Assembly: GCA_964403505.1 (NCBI GenBank)
Contig: CAYOFP010000001.1
Span: forward strand, 6,548-70,547
Direction: 5' to 3'
DNA length: 64,000 nt
From: an uncultured Lachnospiraceae bacterium
Lineage (GTDB): Bacteria > Bacillota > Clostridia > Oscillospirales > CAG-272
The notes below the pieces were generated by a model, which made no database searches, was not told where the DNA came from, and saw nothing but the letters and a program-made list of their open reading frames with translations. The position numbers and the translations under genes are program-made. Of the stretch, positions 40,610-50,345 are shown one piece after another (the stretch's first letter is position 1; each line of letters begins with the position of its first letter).

Positions 40610-41674
40610 TTATTCGATTATTCCGCCGCCGAGGACGGTGTCGCCGTTGTAGAGTACGAGCGACTGACCTTTTGCAATGGCGCGCTGAGGCTCATCGAAT
40701 ACGACCCGAACCCGTCCCTCGCCCGTGACGGTCACCGTGGCGCTCTGCTCCCTTTGGTTATAGCGTATTTTTGCAAAACAGCGCACAGGCTCGCTCGGTG
40801 GGTCGAAGGCGATCCAGTTAAAGTCATATGCTTCGAGCGTATCGGAGAAAAGCTCCTCATCACGGCAGAGCACGACCTCGTTCGTATCGATACGCTTTTC
40901 ACAGACATAAAGCGGTTCGGGAAGCGAGAGTCCCAAACCCCTGCGCTGTCCTATCGTATAGCGGATTATGCCCCTATGCTCTCCTATGACCGTTCCGTCC
41001 TTCAGCACGAAATCGCCGCAAGGATATGTTTTTCCCGTATAATGCTCGATAACGCTCGCATAGTCGCCGTTCGGCACAAAGCAGATATCCTGGCTGTCCT
41101 TTTTCGCCGAATTTACAAACCCGTTCTTTTCGGCAAGCTTCCGCACCTCGTCCTTTGTCATACTGCCGAGAGGAAACATAATATGCGATAGCTGTTCCTG
41201 CGTGAGAGACCAGAGGACGTAGCTTTGATCTTTGGTTATATCAACCGCTTTTTTCAGAAGAAAACGGCCGTCCTTTTCCTCGATGCGTGCATAGTGCCCT
41301 GTGACAATGCTGTCACATTCAGCCTCCCTCGAACGCCGGAGGAGGCTGTCAAATTTCAAGTATCTATTGCAATCTATGCAAGGGTTTGGCGTGCCGCCGC
41401 ACTCATAACACCCGACAAATCGGTCAATGACATTGCGCTTGAAATCTCCCTTGAAATTAAAGACATAATACGGTATTCCAAGTGCGGCGCAGACCGAACG
41501 TGCGTCCTCGACGTCGTCTGCCGAACAGCATGGCTTGTCCTTCTCAATATCGGCTGTGTCATTATCAAAGAGCTTCATCGTCGCACCGATGCAGTCATAT
41601 CCTTTTTCCTTACACAAAAGCGCCGCAACGGAGGAGTCTACCCCCCCGCTCATGGCGATCATCACTCTTTTCAT
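40610..41674 (-). CDS. mnmA: tRNA 2-thiouridine(34) synthase
   Basis: PP-loop MSGGVDSSVAA, plus downstream MnmA motifs (GATMKLF, TGHYAR). Confidence 0.96.
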   Translation of the reverse strand: MKRVMIAMSGGVDSSVAALLCKEKGYDCIGATMKLFDNDTADIEKDKPCCSADDVEDARSVCAALGIPYYVFNFKGDFKRNVIDRFVGCYECGGTPNPCIDCNRYLKFDSLLRRSREAECDSIVTGHYARIEEKDGRFLLKKAVDITKDQSYVLWSLTQEQLSHIMFPLGSMTKDEVRKLAEKNGFVNSAKKDSQDICFVPNGDYASVIEHYTGKTYPCGDFVLKDGTVIGEHRGIIRYTIGQRRGLGLSLPEPLYVCEKRIDTNEVVLCRDEELFSDTLEAYDFNWIAFDPPSEPVRCFAKIRYNQREQSATVTVTGEGRVRVVFDEPQRAIAKGQSLVLYNGDTVLGGGIIE

Positions 41675-42537
41675 ATCATTTCCTTATAGATCTCGCCCTT
41701 TGACACGCCGCGATCCTTTGCCGCCGCCTTCATGGCGTCCATTTTACTCATGCCCGAATTGATATAAAACTCCACATGCTCTTTCACCGTCATATCGGCA
41801 AAAAAAGCATCTTTTCGTATTTCTTCCTTCGTTGCGCCTGCGACGACGAGGACATACTCTCCGCGAGGCTCGTTCTCCTTATAATACTCCACCGCACGCT
41901 CGAGCGTGGTATGAAGCACCTGCTCGTTCAGTTTCGTCATTTCACGGCACAGTGCGACCTCCCGTGCGCCGAGGACCTCCGCCATCAGCGAAAGCGTCTT
42001 TGTCAGCCGGTGTGGCGCTTCGTAAAAAATGAGCGTGTGAGAGTCGTTTTTCAATTCCTCGAGCCGCTTACGCTTATCTCCGTCACTGCCCGAGAGAAAT
42101 CCCTCAAAAGCGAACCGGTAGCTCGGCAGTCCCGATAACGTCAGCGCATTGATCGCAGCACAGCACCCGGGAACGCCCGTCACGGGGACGCCGTTTTCTA
42201 TACAAAGTGCGACGAGCTCCTGCCCCGGGTCGCTCACGGCAGGAGTTCCCGCATCGGTAACGAGGGCGCATGACTCGCCCCCCTGCAGTCTTTTTATTAT
42301 CTTCGGACCCGCTGAGTCCTTATTATGGTCGAAATAATTTACCGTCGGCTTTGAGATGCCGTATGCAGAAAGCAGTCTGCCTGCCACACGTGTATCCTCC
42401 GCCGCTATAAAATTCACCTCGGAGAGCACCTTTTTCGCACGCTCGGACAAGTCGGCGAGGTTGCCGATCGGCGTTGCCACGATATATAGCGTGCCGCCTA
42501 ACACCTTATTCTTTTCTGTATCGTTCATGGAAAACAC
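41671..42537 (-). CDS. rsmI: 16S rRNA (cytidine1402-2'-O)-methyltransferase
   Basis: GTLYIVATPIGNLADLSERA...AAEDTR and ALVTDAGTPAVSDPG motifs. Confidence 0.95.
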   Translation of the reverse strand: MFSMNDTEKNKVLGGTLYIVATPIGNLADLSERAKKVLSEVNFIAAEDTRVAGRLLSAYGISKPTVNYFDHNKDSAGPKIIKRLQGGESCALVTDAGTPAVSDPGQELVALCIENGVPVTGVPGCCAAINALTLSGLPSYRFAFEGFLSGSDGDKRKRLEELKNDSHTLIFYEAPHRLTKTLSLMAEVLGAREVALCREMTKLNEQVLHTTLERAVEYYKENEPRGEYVLVVAGATKEEIRKDAFFADMTVKEHVEFYINSGMSKMDAMKAAAKDRGVSKGEIYKEMI

Positions 42538-43246
42538 CCCTCTCGCAAATATAGTCCATTTCGTCCGTCTGTCCTTTTTCGTCCTTTATAAAAAACGGCT
42601 TGGTCACGAACGTTCCGCTTCCTCCGCCCTTTCTCGCCTCAGCGAGCACAAGGCAGGGGGGGTGCCAAGCGTCGTTATAGACATTGATCAACCGCTTTAG
42701 CGACAGTGAATTCTTTTCAAGTGCAAGAATAAGGTCGCTTATTCGGTTCGGTCTCCAGACTACATAAAAACTGCCGCCGTGCTTCAGAAGCAGAGAAGCA
42801 CAGGCGCAAAAATCGCCGATACCTCCGCAGACCTCGTGCCGTGCGATATATTTTCCCTCATCTGCGTTTCGCTGTCCCGTTCCGCTTTTCATATACGGAG
42901 GATTGGCAAAGACCGCATCCGCCTCTTTTCCGATATCCGATACCTTCGCATCCCGCACATCTTTATTTATTACGCTGATCACATCGCCGAAGCCGTTATT
43001 TACGGCGTTTTTCCCGGTAAGGGCTGCATACTCGCTCTGCACCTCATATGCGTAAAAATGTGCAAATTTACCACGGGATGCGGCGAGCAGTGATATCACG
43101 CCTGTGCCCGAGCCGAGCTCGACCGCACGTCCCTTGGGCTTCGGATTGATAAACGCCGACAGCAAAAGAGCGTCGGTGCCGTATGTCAGTCCCGACGTAT
43201 TCTGCGTAAGTGTTATATTTGCATTTATGATATCTGTTCTTTCCAT
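42506..43246 (-). CDS. tRNA1(Val) (adenine37-N6)-methyltransferase-like SAM-dependent methyltransferase (YabB/TrmN6 family)
   Basis: ELGSGTGVISLLAA (SAM motif I) and NPPY motifs. The start is set at MERTDII (43246). Confidence 0.8.
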   Translation of the reverse strand: MERTDIINANITLTQNTSGLTYGTDALLLSAFINPKPKGRAVELGSGTGVISLLAASRGKFAHFYAYEVQSEYAALTGKNAVNNGFGDVISVINKDVRDAKVSDIGKEADAVFANPPYMKSGTGQRNADEGKYIARHEVCGGIGDFCACASLLLKHGGSFYVVWRPNRISDLILALEKNSLSLKRLINVYNDAWHPPCLVLAEARKGGGSGTFVTKPFFIKDEKGQTDEMDYICERGVFHERYRKE

Positions 43247-43289
43247 AATAAAAATCAAAGGGCAAGCTACGCTTGCCCTTTTTCTGTAA

Positions 43290-43463
43290 TTATTCCTCTG
43301 CTGCCGGAGCACCAACAGGACATGTATCTGCGCAAGCTCCGCACTCAATGCACTCATCTGCGTTAATTACGTACTTACCGTCGCCTTCTGCAATAGCGCT
43401 AACCGGGCACTCTGCAGCACATGCGCCGCATGCGATGCACTCATCACTGATTTTGTATGCCAT
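43290..43463 (-). CDS. fdx: 2x[4Fe-4S] clostridial-type ferredoxin (57 aa; below the ORF-track cutoff)
   Basis: Manual translation gives MAYKISDECIACGACAAECPVSAIAEGDGKYVINADECIECGACADTCPVGAPAAEE, with two CxxCxxCxxxCP motifs. Confidence 0.9.
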   Translation of the reverse strand: MAYKISDECIACGACAAECPVSAIAEGDGKYVINADECIECGACADTCPVGAPAAEE

Positions 43464-43584
43464 TTTTATTTACCTCCGTATAGATTATGGCTCAATGCCA
43501 CTTGTTTGCAGGACTATTGTATCACATACATATATAAAATGCAATTATTTTTTGAAAAAAATTTTTCAGGTAATACCGCCGGCT

Positions 43585-44493
43585 TCAATCCTCGAGACCG
43601 GATAAGTCCTCTTCCGTCTTTTCTGTCTTATGATTCTTGGAAAATCCCTTGAATTTAACGGCGCTTCTGTGATAGGCCTTCACCTGTTCCTCGCCTTTCA
43701 AAAGACGCACCTTCAGGCGTCCCGTGAGCGGCTGAGACTCGACCACGACACCGTCGCCGTCGGGAGTAGATACGATTGAGTCAACACGGGGAGTTTTCTT
43801 TATCTCCTCCTCGTATGCCTCATGCTCAAATCTGAGACAGCACATGAGCCTGCCGCATGCGCCGGATATTTTGGCTGAATTCAGGGAAAGATTCTGCTCT
43901 TTCGCCATTTTTATCGACACCTGATTGAAATCGCCCAAAAACGTACTGCAGCAGAAGACTCTGCCGCATACGCCGAATCCGCCCATCATCTTTGCCTCGT
44001 CCCGTATGCCTATTTGTCTGAGCTCGATCCTCGTGTGGAATATCGCCGCAAGGTCTTTTACAAGCTCACGGAAATCGATCCTTCCGTCTGCGGAAAAATA
44101 GAAGAGCAGCTTGGAATTATCAAATGTATACCGTGCGTCGACCAACTTCATGGGCAGGCCGTGGCGCTCAATCTCCGCTACACACTTGCCAAATGCCTCA
44201 TGTTCTTTTTCGAGATTCTCTGCGTAATGCGCTTCATCCTCTTTGGTTGCCGCACGGAGCGCCTTTCTGAGAGGAAGTACCAGTTCGCTTCCCGGCACGA
44301 CCTTATTCGCCATAGCGACCATGCCGTACTCGAGTCCCCGTGCCGTCTCGACGATGACGCCGCCCTCACGGTACTGCACTCCGTCGGGGTCAAAATAATA
44401 TACCTTTCCCGACTGCTTAAATCTGACACCGATCACCTCGGCAGATTCAGGCGCCTGCGCTTCAACTCTTTCGTTTATTTTCTCTTCTTCCAT
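43585..44493 (-). CDS. ricT: PSP1 domain protein (YaaT/RicT family)
   Basis: KVYYFDP...ETARGLEYG N-terminus, a Cys-rich central region (FGVCGRVFCCSTFL, CGRLMCCLRFE), and position directly after holB. Confidence 0.9.
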   Translation of the reverse strand: MEEEKINERVEAQAPESAEVIGVRFKQSGKVYYFDPDGVQYREGGVIVETARGLEYGMVAMANKVVPGSELVLPLRKALRAATKEDEAHYAENLEKEHEAFGKCVAEIERHGLPMKLVDARYTFDNSKLLFYFSADGRIDFRELVKDLAAIFHTRIELRQIGIRDEAKMMGGFGVCGRVFCCSTFLGDFNQVSIKMAKEQNLSLNSAKISGACGRLMCCLRFEHEAYEEEIKKTPRVDSIVSTPDGDGVVVESQPLTGRLKVRLLKGEEQVKAYHRSAVKFKGFSKNHKTEKTEEDLSGLED

Positions 44494-44494
44494 A

Positions 44495-45463
44495 TCATTC
44501 TCCGTTATTCAATCGGCAAAGCATATCAAGACGTGCCATTTTGCCGTTTAGATTGTATTCTGTTTCCTCTTTTACCGCTAAAAGCGTGCGTATCTTACCC
44601 ATAGCCTCACCGAAGGAAAACTGAAAGCAATATTCCTCGGCATCCTGATAAGTTAAGAAAAACAAAAGCGGTTCGTGTATTCCCTGCTTCACGGCGATAA
44701 TATCCCGAAAAGCGGAGATCAGATGCTCTAAAAAAGCGGAATATTCATCTTTTTCTTCGGGGATCTTACTCTCGAACAAATAAAGCGCCGCTTTTTCCCG
44801 ACTTCCCAAAACGTCGAGAAATTCCATCACTAACTCATACCCCGACATGCTTTCATCACGCACACCGTCGAGTATCGCCCCGATCGCACCGCTGCTGTTC
44901 TTCGCTAAAAACCGAAGCGCCTTCATATTATTATCACGCAATTCACGCACAGAGGCGCTGATCTGCGAGCTATACTCGATCAGTTCATCCTCAGAAAACG
45001 TCTGCATACGCAATACCGGCGCACGGGAACGCACCGTCGGCAAAAGAGCGCCGCCGTTCGTTATCAGAAAGAAATATACGTTTTCCGGCGGCTCCTCCAA
45101 TATCTTCAAAAATGCGTTTTGCGCTTCGACTGTCATAAGATGCGCTTCGCTTATCACAAAAGCCTTAAAATCAAGGTCGTTCGATGAAAGATACGCCTCC
45201 TCACGCAGCTCTCGCACTGCGTCTACCGAAATGCTCTTTTTACCCTCTTTTCTTTCGATGTATATTACATCCGGGCAAACAAGCCGCTCTATCTTTCCGT
45301 TGTCACCGCCGTGTGCAAGGGCTGTGAGCACCCCACGCACGAGCGTATGCCTGCCGCTGCCCTTCGGTCCTTCGACGATATACGCATGAGCAAGCGTTCC
45401 GCACCCGATATCACGGGCGAGCATATTTTTTAATATTTCATTTCCGTATATTTCATCAAACAT
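44495..45463 (-). CDS. holB: DNA polymerase III subunit delta'
   Basis: HAYIVEGPKGSGRHTL and AQNAFLKILEEPP motifs. The start is set at MFDEIYG. Confidence 0.9.
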   Translation of the reverse strand: MFDEIYGNEILKNMLARDIGCGTLAHAYIVEGPKGSGRHTLVRGVLTALAHGGDNGKIERLVCPDVIYIERKEGKKSISVDAVRELREEAYLSSNDLDFKAFVISEAHLMTVEAQNAFLKILEEPPENVYFFLITNGGALLPTVRSRAPVLRMQTFSEDELIEYSSQISASVRELRDNNMKALRFLAKNSSGAIGAILDGVRDESMSGYELVMEFLDVLGSREKAALYLFESKIPEEKDEYSAFLEHLISAFRDIIAVKQGIHEPLLFFLTYQDAEEYCFQFSFGEAMGKIRTLLAVKEETEYNLNGKMARLDMLCRLNNGE

Positions 45464-45552
45464 TATATGTATTATATCAAAGAAAGCATTTATTGTCAAA
45501 TATAATTCTTGACAGATGTGGCAATATAGTGTATAATCTTGATACATCGTGA

Positions 45553-45643
45553 ATAGTCAGGGGTGCTTAATTGCTGAGATGGATATTTTTCCGAACCCTT
45601 TAACCTGATACGGATAATGCCGGCGTAGGGAGAAACTGATATA
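45553..45643 (+). ncRNA. TPP (THI-box) riboswitch
   Basis: Conserved core reads CAGGGGTGC...CTGAGA...AACCC...AACCTGATACGGATAATGCCGGCGTAGGGA. It is followed by a terminator and the thiamine transporter gene. Confidence 0.9.
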
Positions 45644-45653
45644 CCTCTTTTTT

Positions 45654-45685
45654 CATCGCACGGATTGTTTGCGATGATTTTTTTA
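45654..45685 (+). terminator. Riboswitch expression-platform terminator
   Basis: CATCGCA-cggattgtt-TGCGATG followed by ATTTTTTT. Confidence 0.75.
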
Positions 45686-45687
45686 TA

Positions 45688-45745
45688 GGCAATACCGCAT
45701 GATTCTGACGACCGAGTTGCACTGTCAGAATTATACAATGTTGCC
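45688..45745. repeat. 58-nt palindromic element that shares its terminal motif with the 36492-36771 element
   Basis: GGCAATACCGCATGATTCTGAC...GTCAGAATTATACAATGTTGCC. The left arm matches 36492-36514 at 22 of 23 positions. Confidence 0.6.
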
Positions 45746-45759
45746 GGAGGAGGTTCACA

Positions 45760-46332
45760 ATGAACAAAAACACAAAAGCTCTCTTAGAGAGCGCAATCAT
45801 GGTGGCACTCGCAACAGTGCTCAGCATGATCAAAATCTGGGAAATGCCGCTCGGCGGCAGTATCACCCTGCTCAGCATGCTGCCGATCATGTTTATATCG
45901 GTGCGGCACGGCATCAAATGGGGCTTGGGTGCGGCATTCGTCTACTCGTGGACGCAGATATTCACGGGCGAAGTATTTGCATGGGGTCTTACACCTACGA
46001 TGCTCATCGCATGTCTGCTTCTCGACTACATCCTCGCATTTTCCGTCCTCGGCCTTTCCGGTATATTCAGAAAGAAAGGCACAGCCGGTGTAATCGCAGG
46101 AATTACCGTATCATGCGTTTTGCGCTTTATCCTGCATTTCATATCGGGTGTCGTGCTGTGGACTAATTATGAAAAATTCATAGTCTTCGGCGTCGAATGG
46201 GTAAACAGACCGGTGCTCTACTCCATTTGTTATAACGGAATGTACATGCTTCCCGAAACGGTATTCACTATTATCGGGGCGGTCCTGCTTCTCTCCATAC
46301 CGCAGACAAAAAAACTGCTGTTTGTGAAATAA
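45760..46332 (+). CDS. thiT: ECF transporter S component for thiamine (ThiT/YuaJ family)
   Basis: 190 aa six-TM protein resembling ThiT. GGAGGAGG RBS. Sits under the TPP riboswitch. Confidence 0.85.
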   Translation: MNKNTKALLESAIMVALATVLSMIKIWEMPLGGSITLLSMLPIMFISVRHGIKWGLGAAFVYSWTQIFTGEVFAWGLTPTMLIACLLLDYILAFSVLGLSGIFRKKGTAGVIAGITVSCVLRFILHFISGVVLWTNYEKFIVFGVEWVNRPVLYSICYNGMYMLPETVFTIIGAVLLLSIPQTKKLLFVK

Positions 46333-46353
46333 TTCGGACAAATAAAGAGAGTT

Positions 46354-46399
46354 AAAAAAGATGCTGATTTCAGATAAATAGAAATCAGCGTCCTTTTTG
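46354..46399. terminator. Bidirectional rho-independent terminator
   Basis: GATGCTGATTTC-agataaata-GAAATCAGCGTC, flanked by an A6 run and a T5 run. Confidence 0.8.
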
Positions 46400-46406
46400 T
46401 TTATAT

Positions 46407-49400
46407 TCAGCCTACGACCTTTTCGCAGAAGTTTTTGAGTATCAGTGCAACTTGCGCTCTTGTTGCAGCACCTTTGGGGTCAAGCATGGTCGTGCCGTTT
46501 ATCTTGTTGCCCGAGATAAGTCCTGCACCGACTGCCCATTTTATCGCGTCTGTCGCGTAGCTTGAAACTTTTTCCTCGTCGGGGAAAGAAGAAAGCTCGC
46601 TTTGTGCCGTAACATCATACTCTTTCCATTTTGCATATCTGAAGAGTATCGTCGAAAGCTGTTCACGGGTTATTCCCGCCTGAGGCGAGAACTTGGTTTC
46701 CGTCGTACCGTAAACTATGCCGTTATTTGACGCCCATTTGATGGCGTTTGTATACCACTGTCCGTCCTTAACATCGGTAAATTTATTTTCATATTGATCA
46801 ACGTTCGGCTTTTTCTCTAAGTTATAAAGAACCTGGACAAGCATTGCGCGCGTCATAGGCGTGTTAGGAGCGAATTCGGTATCACTCATACCGTTAAACA
46901 GGCTGTATGTAAGTGCATAATCAACCGCAGCATAATACCACGATTCTCTCTTGACATCTTTAAATCTCTCTTCGGGCTTCTTTAAGGGCGCTACGGGCGT
47001 AACGTCTGAAATTGCTTCGCAACGCGAGCAATGATGGCTCTTTATACCCGGTTTTGTATCAGTCGGCTCAACATCGACCGTAAATTCGCCGTAATCGTGT
47101 CCGATCGCTTTTACCACACGCATCTCGCTTGAGTTGCAACCCTCGTGGGTGCACATGCGCTTCTCACCGCCATTTTCGGTACAGGTTGGCTGTTTGACCG
47201 TCATCCACTCACCGTAATCGTGTCCGAGCGCTTCTACTTCGCGAGTTTCGCTTGCCTCGCAACCCTCGCGGGTGCACTCGCATTTCTCGTTGCCCTTCTC
47301 GGTGCAGGTCGGCTCGATAACTATCGTCCATTCGCCGTAAGTATGTCCATCGTTTTCACACGGATTAATCACCGTAAACGAAATTTTATTCTCATTTGCA
47401 TAAGTTGCAGCATATGATCCGCTGTTCCCGTAAATCGTAAGTGCACTGCAATCCTTAAACGCACTGCTCTCTATGCTCGTTACGCTATCCGGGATCACGA
47501 TGCTCGTTAGACTGCTGCAACTGTAAAACACACTATCTCCTATGCTCGTAACGCTGCTAGGTATCGTGATACTCGTTAGACTGCTGCAAAAGGTAAATGC
47601 ACAATATCCTATGCTCGTAACACTGTCCGGAATAGTGATGCTCTTAAGACTGCTGCAACTCCCAAACGTACCATCACCTATGCTCGTAACGCTGCTAGGT
47701 ATCGTGATACTCGTTAGACTGCTGCAAAAGGTAAATGCACAATATCCTATGCTCGTAACACTGTCCGGAATAGTGATGCTCTTAAGACTGCTGCAACTCC
47801 CAAACGTACCATCACCTATGCTCGTAACACCATTCGGAATCTCGATGCTCGTTAGTCTGTAGCAATTGTGAAACGCTTCCCCGGCAATTGTTTTAGTACC
47901 ATTACGGATAGTAAATGTACCGCTTAATGAAGTTTCAGCTTTAATCAAATGATTGTTAATATACAGCACACCTCCAATCCAGTTCTCGGTATTGTCATAA
48001 TATTCTGTACAATTAAACGCACTGGATCCTATGCTCGTCACGCTGTCGGGAATCGTGATGCTCGTAAGTGCGTTGCAACCGTCAAACGCCCAGCCACCTA
48101 TGCTCGTCACGCTACTAGGGATCTCTATGCTCGTAAGACTGCTGCACCATCTAAACGCACGATATCCTATGCTCGTCACGCTGTCGGGAATCTCGATGCT
48201 CGTTAGACTGCTGCAACCGTAAAACACACTATCTCCTATGCTCGCAACGCTATCAGGAATCTCGATGCTCGTTAGACTGCTACAATCCTCAAACGCCCAA
48301 TCTCCGATGCTTGTCACACTGTCGGGAATCTCGATGCTCGTTAGACTGCTGCAATCGCGAAACGCTGCGTCGGCAATTGTTTTAGTACCATTACGTATAG
48401 TATATATTCCGCTTAATGAAGTTTTAGCCTCAATCAAACGATTGTTAATATACAGCACATCTTCAGTCCAGTTCTCGGTGTTGTTGTAATATGCCGTACC
48501 ATGAAACGCATAGTTTCCTATTCTCGTCACACTATCCGGGATCGTGATGCTCGTAAGAACATAGCGGGAAGCAAACGCTGATGATTCTATTTCTGTCACA
48601 GCGTAACCGGAAACCTCGCTTGGTATCACCACCTTGTCAACGTCAGCAATACACCTACAAACAGATGCTGTACCGTCCTTACGTAAAATGTAATTCACTC
48701 CATCCGCTTCAATTACTCCAACACCCCAATGTACATGCGATACAAAATTAGCCCAGTAATCGCTCCAACCAGACGGTGCCTTCTCTGCTGCCACAACCAC
48801 CACCAACGAGCTACAATTATAAAACGCACTGCTTCCTATGCTTGTCACTCCCTCTGGAATCACGACGTTCATAAGAGCGCTACAGTAAGCAAACGCATCG
48901 TCTCCTATGCTCGTTACGCCGTCGGGAATCTCAATGCTCGTGAGAGCGCCACAATAGTAAAACGCATAATCTCCTATGCTCGTAACGCCGTCTGGAATCT
49001 TGATGCTCGTGAGAGCGCTACAATAGTAAAACGCATAATCTCCTATGCTCGTTACGCCGTCGGGAATCTCGATGCTCGTAAGAGCGCTACAATAGTAGAA
49101 CGACCCATTTCCTATACTTATAACGCCGTCGGGAATTACAATGCTCGTAAGACTTCTGCATTCACAAAAAGCCCAGTCTCCTATGCTTGTCACACTATGC
49201 GGGATCACGATGCTCGTTAAACTGCCGCAACCGGAAAACACCTCGTTTGCTATACTCGTAACGCCGTCGGGAATTACAATGCTCGTAAGACTGCTACAAC
49301 CAAAAAACGCACAATCTCCTATGCTCGTAACACTGTCGGGGATCACGATGCTCGTTAGGCTGTTGCTACCCAAAAACGCACGCTCTCCTATGCTCGTAAC

Positions 49401-50162
49401 ACCGTCCGGAATTACAATGCTCGTAAGACCTCTGCAATCTTTAAAGGCACAACCTCCTATGCTCGTAACGCTTTCGGTAATCACGATGCTTGTTAGACTG
49501 ACACAATATGCAAACGCGCCGTAGGCAATTGTTTTAGTACCATTACGGATAGTATATATACCGCTTAATGAAGTATTAGCCTCAATCAAATGATTGTTAA
49601 TGTACAGAACATTTCCAATCCAATTTTCGGTATTATAATAATATGCTGTACCGAAAAACGCCCGCTCTCCTATACTCGTCACACTATCCGGGATTAAAAT
49701 GCTCATTAGCCTACTGCAACCGGAAAACGCCTTACTCCCTATGCTTGTAACGCTTTCGGGGATCACGATGTTCCTGAGCCAGTTGCAACTGGAAAACGCA
49801 TTACTTCCTATGCTCGTAACGCTTTCGGGGATCACGATGCTCTTAAGTGCGTCGCAATCGTAAAACGCGCCCCATCCTATGCTCGTTACGCCGCTATTTA
49901 TTTGAACGGCAGTAATTCTGTCGCGAAAATCTGACCACGGTTGAGAGTTGTAATCATAATCCCACGTATCCCCCATGCCGCTGATCGTGAGCGTGCCGTC
50001 ATCGTCCAGCGTCCATGTAAGGTTGTCGCCGCATGTTCCGCTGGCTATTATCGGCGATGTTGTTTCCGCTGAGATTTCAAGCGGCGCTACTACGACGGAC
50101 AGCATGATAAGCATGACCGCCATTAAGCAGGAAAGCGCTTTTTGAGTGCCTTTTTTCATCAT
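46407..50162 (-). CDS. SLH-anchored surface protein with ~35 BspA-type leucine-rich repeats, a Cys-rich module and three SLH domains
   Basis: Signal peptide. Repeated (I/V)xIPxSVTSIGxxAFxxCxSLTSI units. GHxYGEW...TCTxxG...C repeats. C-terminal FKDVKRESWYY, FTDVKDGQWYTNAI and FPDEEKVSSYATDAI SLH domains. Confidence 0.9.
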   Translation of the reverse strand: MMKKGTQKALSCLMAVMLIMLSVVVAPLEISAETTSPIIASGTCGDNLTWTLDDDGTLTISGMGDTWDYDYNSQPWSDFRDRITAVQINSGVTSIGWGAFYDCDALKSIVIPESVTSIGSNAFSSCNWLRNIVIPESVTSIGSKAFSGCSRLMSILIPDSVTSIGERAFFGTAYYYNTENWIGNVLYINNHLIEANTSLSGIYTIRNGTKTIAYGAFAYCVSLTSIVITESVTSIGGCAFKDCRGLTSIVIPDGVTSIGERAFLGSNSLTSIVIPDSVTSIGDCAFFGCSSLTSIVIPDGVTSIANEVFSGCGSLTSIVIPHSVTSIGDWAFCECRSLTSIVIPDGVISIGNGSFYYCSALTSIEIPDGVTSIGDYAFYYCSALTSIKIPDGVTSIGDYAFYYCGALTSIEIPDGVTSIGDDAFAYCSALMNVVIPEGVTSIGSSAFYNCSSLVVVVAAEKAPSGWSDYWANFVSHVHWGVGVIEADGVNYILRKDGTASVCRCIADVDKVVIPSEVSGYAVTEIESSAFASRYVLTSITIPDSVTRIGNYAFHGTAYYNNTENWTEDVLYINNRLIEAKTSLSGIYTIRNGTKTIADAAFRDCSSLTSIEIPDSVTSIGDWAFEDCSSLTSIEIPDSVASIGDSVFYGCSSLTSIEIPDSVTSIGYRAFRWCSSLTSIEIPSSVTSIGGWAFDGCNALTSITIPDSVTSIGSSAFNCTEYYDNTENWIGGVLYINNHLIKAETSLSGTFTIRNGTKTIAGEAFHNCYRLTSIEIPNGVTSIGDGTFGSCSSLKSITIPDSVTSIGYCAFTFCSSLTSITIPSSVTSIGDGTFGSCSSLKSITIPDSVTSIGYCAFTFCSSLTSITIPSSVTSIGDSVFYSCSSLTSIVIPDSVTSIESSAFKDCSALTIYGNSGSYAATYANENKISFTVINPCENDGHTYGEWTIVIEPTCTEKGNEKCECTREGCEASETREVEALGHDYGEWMTVKQPTCTENGGEKRMCTHEGCNSSEMRVVKAIGHDYGEFTVDVEPTDTKPGIKSHHCSRCEAISDVTPVAPLKKPEERFKDVKRESWYYAAVDYALTYSLFNGMSDTEFAPNTPMTRAMLVQVLYNLEKKPNVDQYENKFTDVKDGQWYTNAIKWASNNGIVYGTTETKFSPQAGITREQLSTILFRYAKWKEYDVTAQSELSSFPDEEKVSSYATDAIKWAVGAGLISGNKINGTTMLDPKGAATRAQVALILKNFCEKVVG
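47541..47816. repeat. Perfect 138-bp tandem duplication (2 copies) inside the LRR gene
   Basis: 47541-47678 is identical to 47679-47816. It encodes a duplicated 46-aa block GDGTFGSCSSLKSITIPDSVTSIGYCAFTFCSSLTSITIPSSVTSI. Confidence 0.95.
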
Positions 50163-50260
50163 TATTTCCTCCGTATTTTGAATATATTATCTTGATTTTA
50201 ACACACACGCACTTATTTATCAATATAAATATTCTATAATAGCGGCAAAATCATCTGAAA

Positions 50261-50306
50261 ACAAAAAATATCCGAGAATCACATTTCAGTGAGTCTCGGA
50301 TATTTT
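50261..50306 (-). terminator. Rho-independent terminator of the decarboxylase operon
   Basis: Minus strand reads AAATATCCGAGA-ctcactgaaatgtgat-TCTCGGATATTT then TTTGTTTT. Confidence 0.7.
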
Positions 50307-50345
50307 GGGCTATTTCGAGCCCTTTATTAACTATTTCAGAATGTT

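Noticed and set aside
47400-49900. Highly periodic ~69-bp DNA repeats that could look like a CRISPR or satellite array
   Set aside because: They lie entirely inside one long open reading frame and encode 23-aa BspA-type leucine-rich repeats. There are no unique spacers of constant length and no cas genes.
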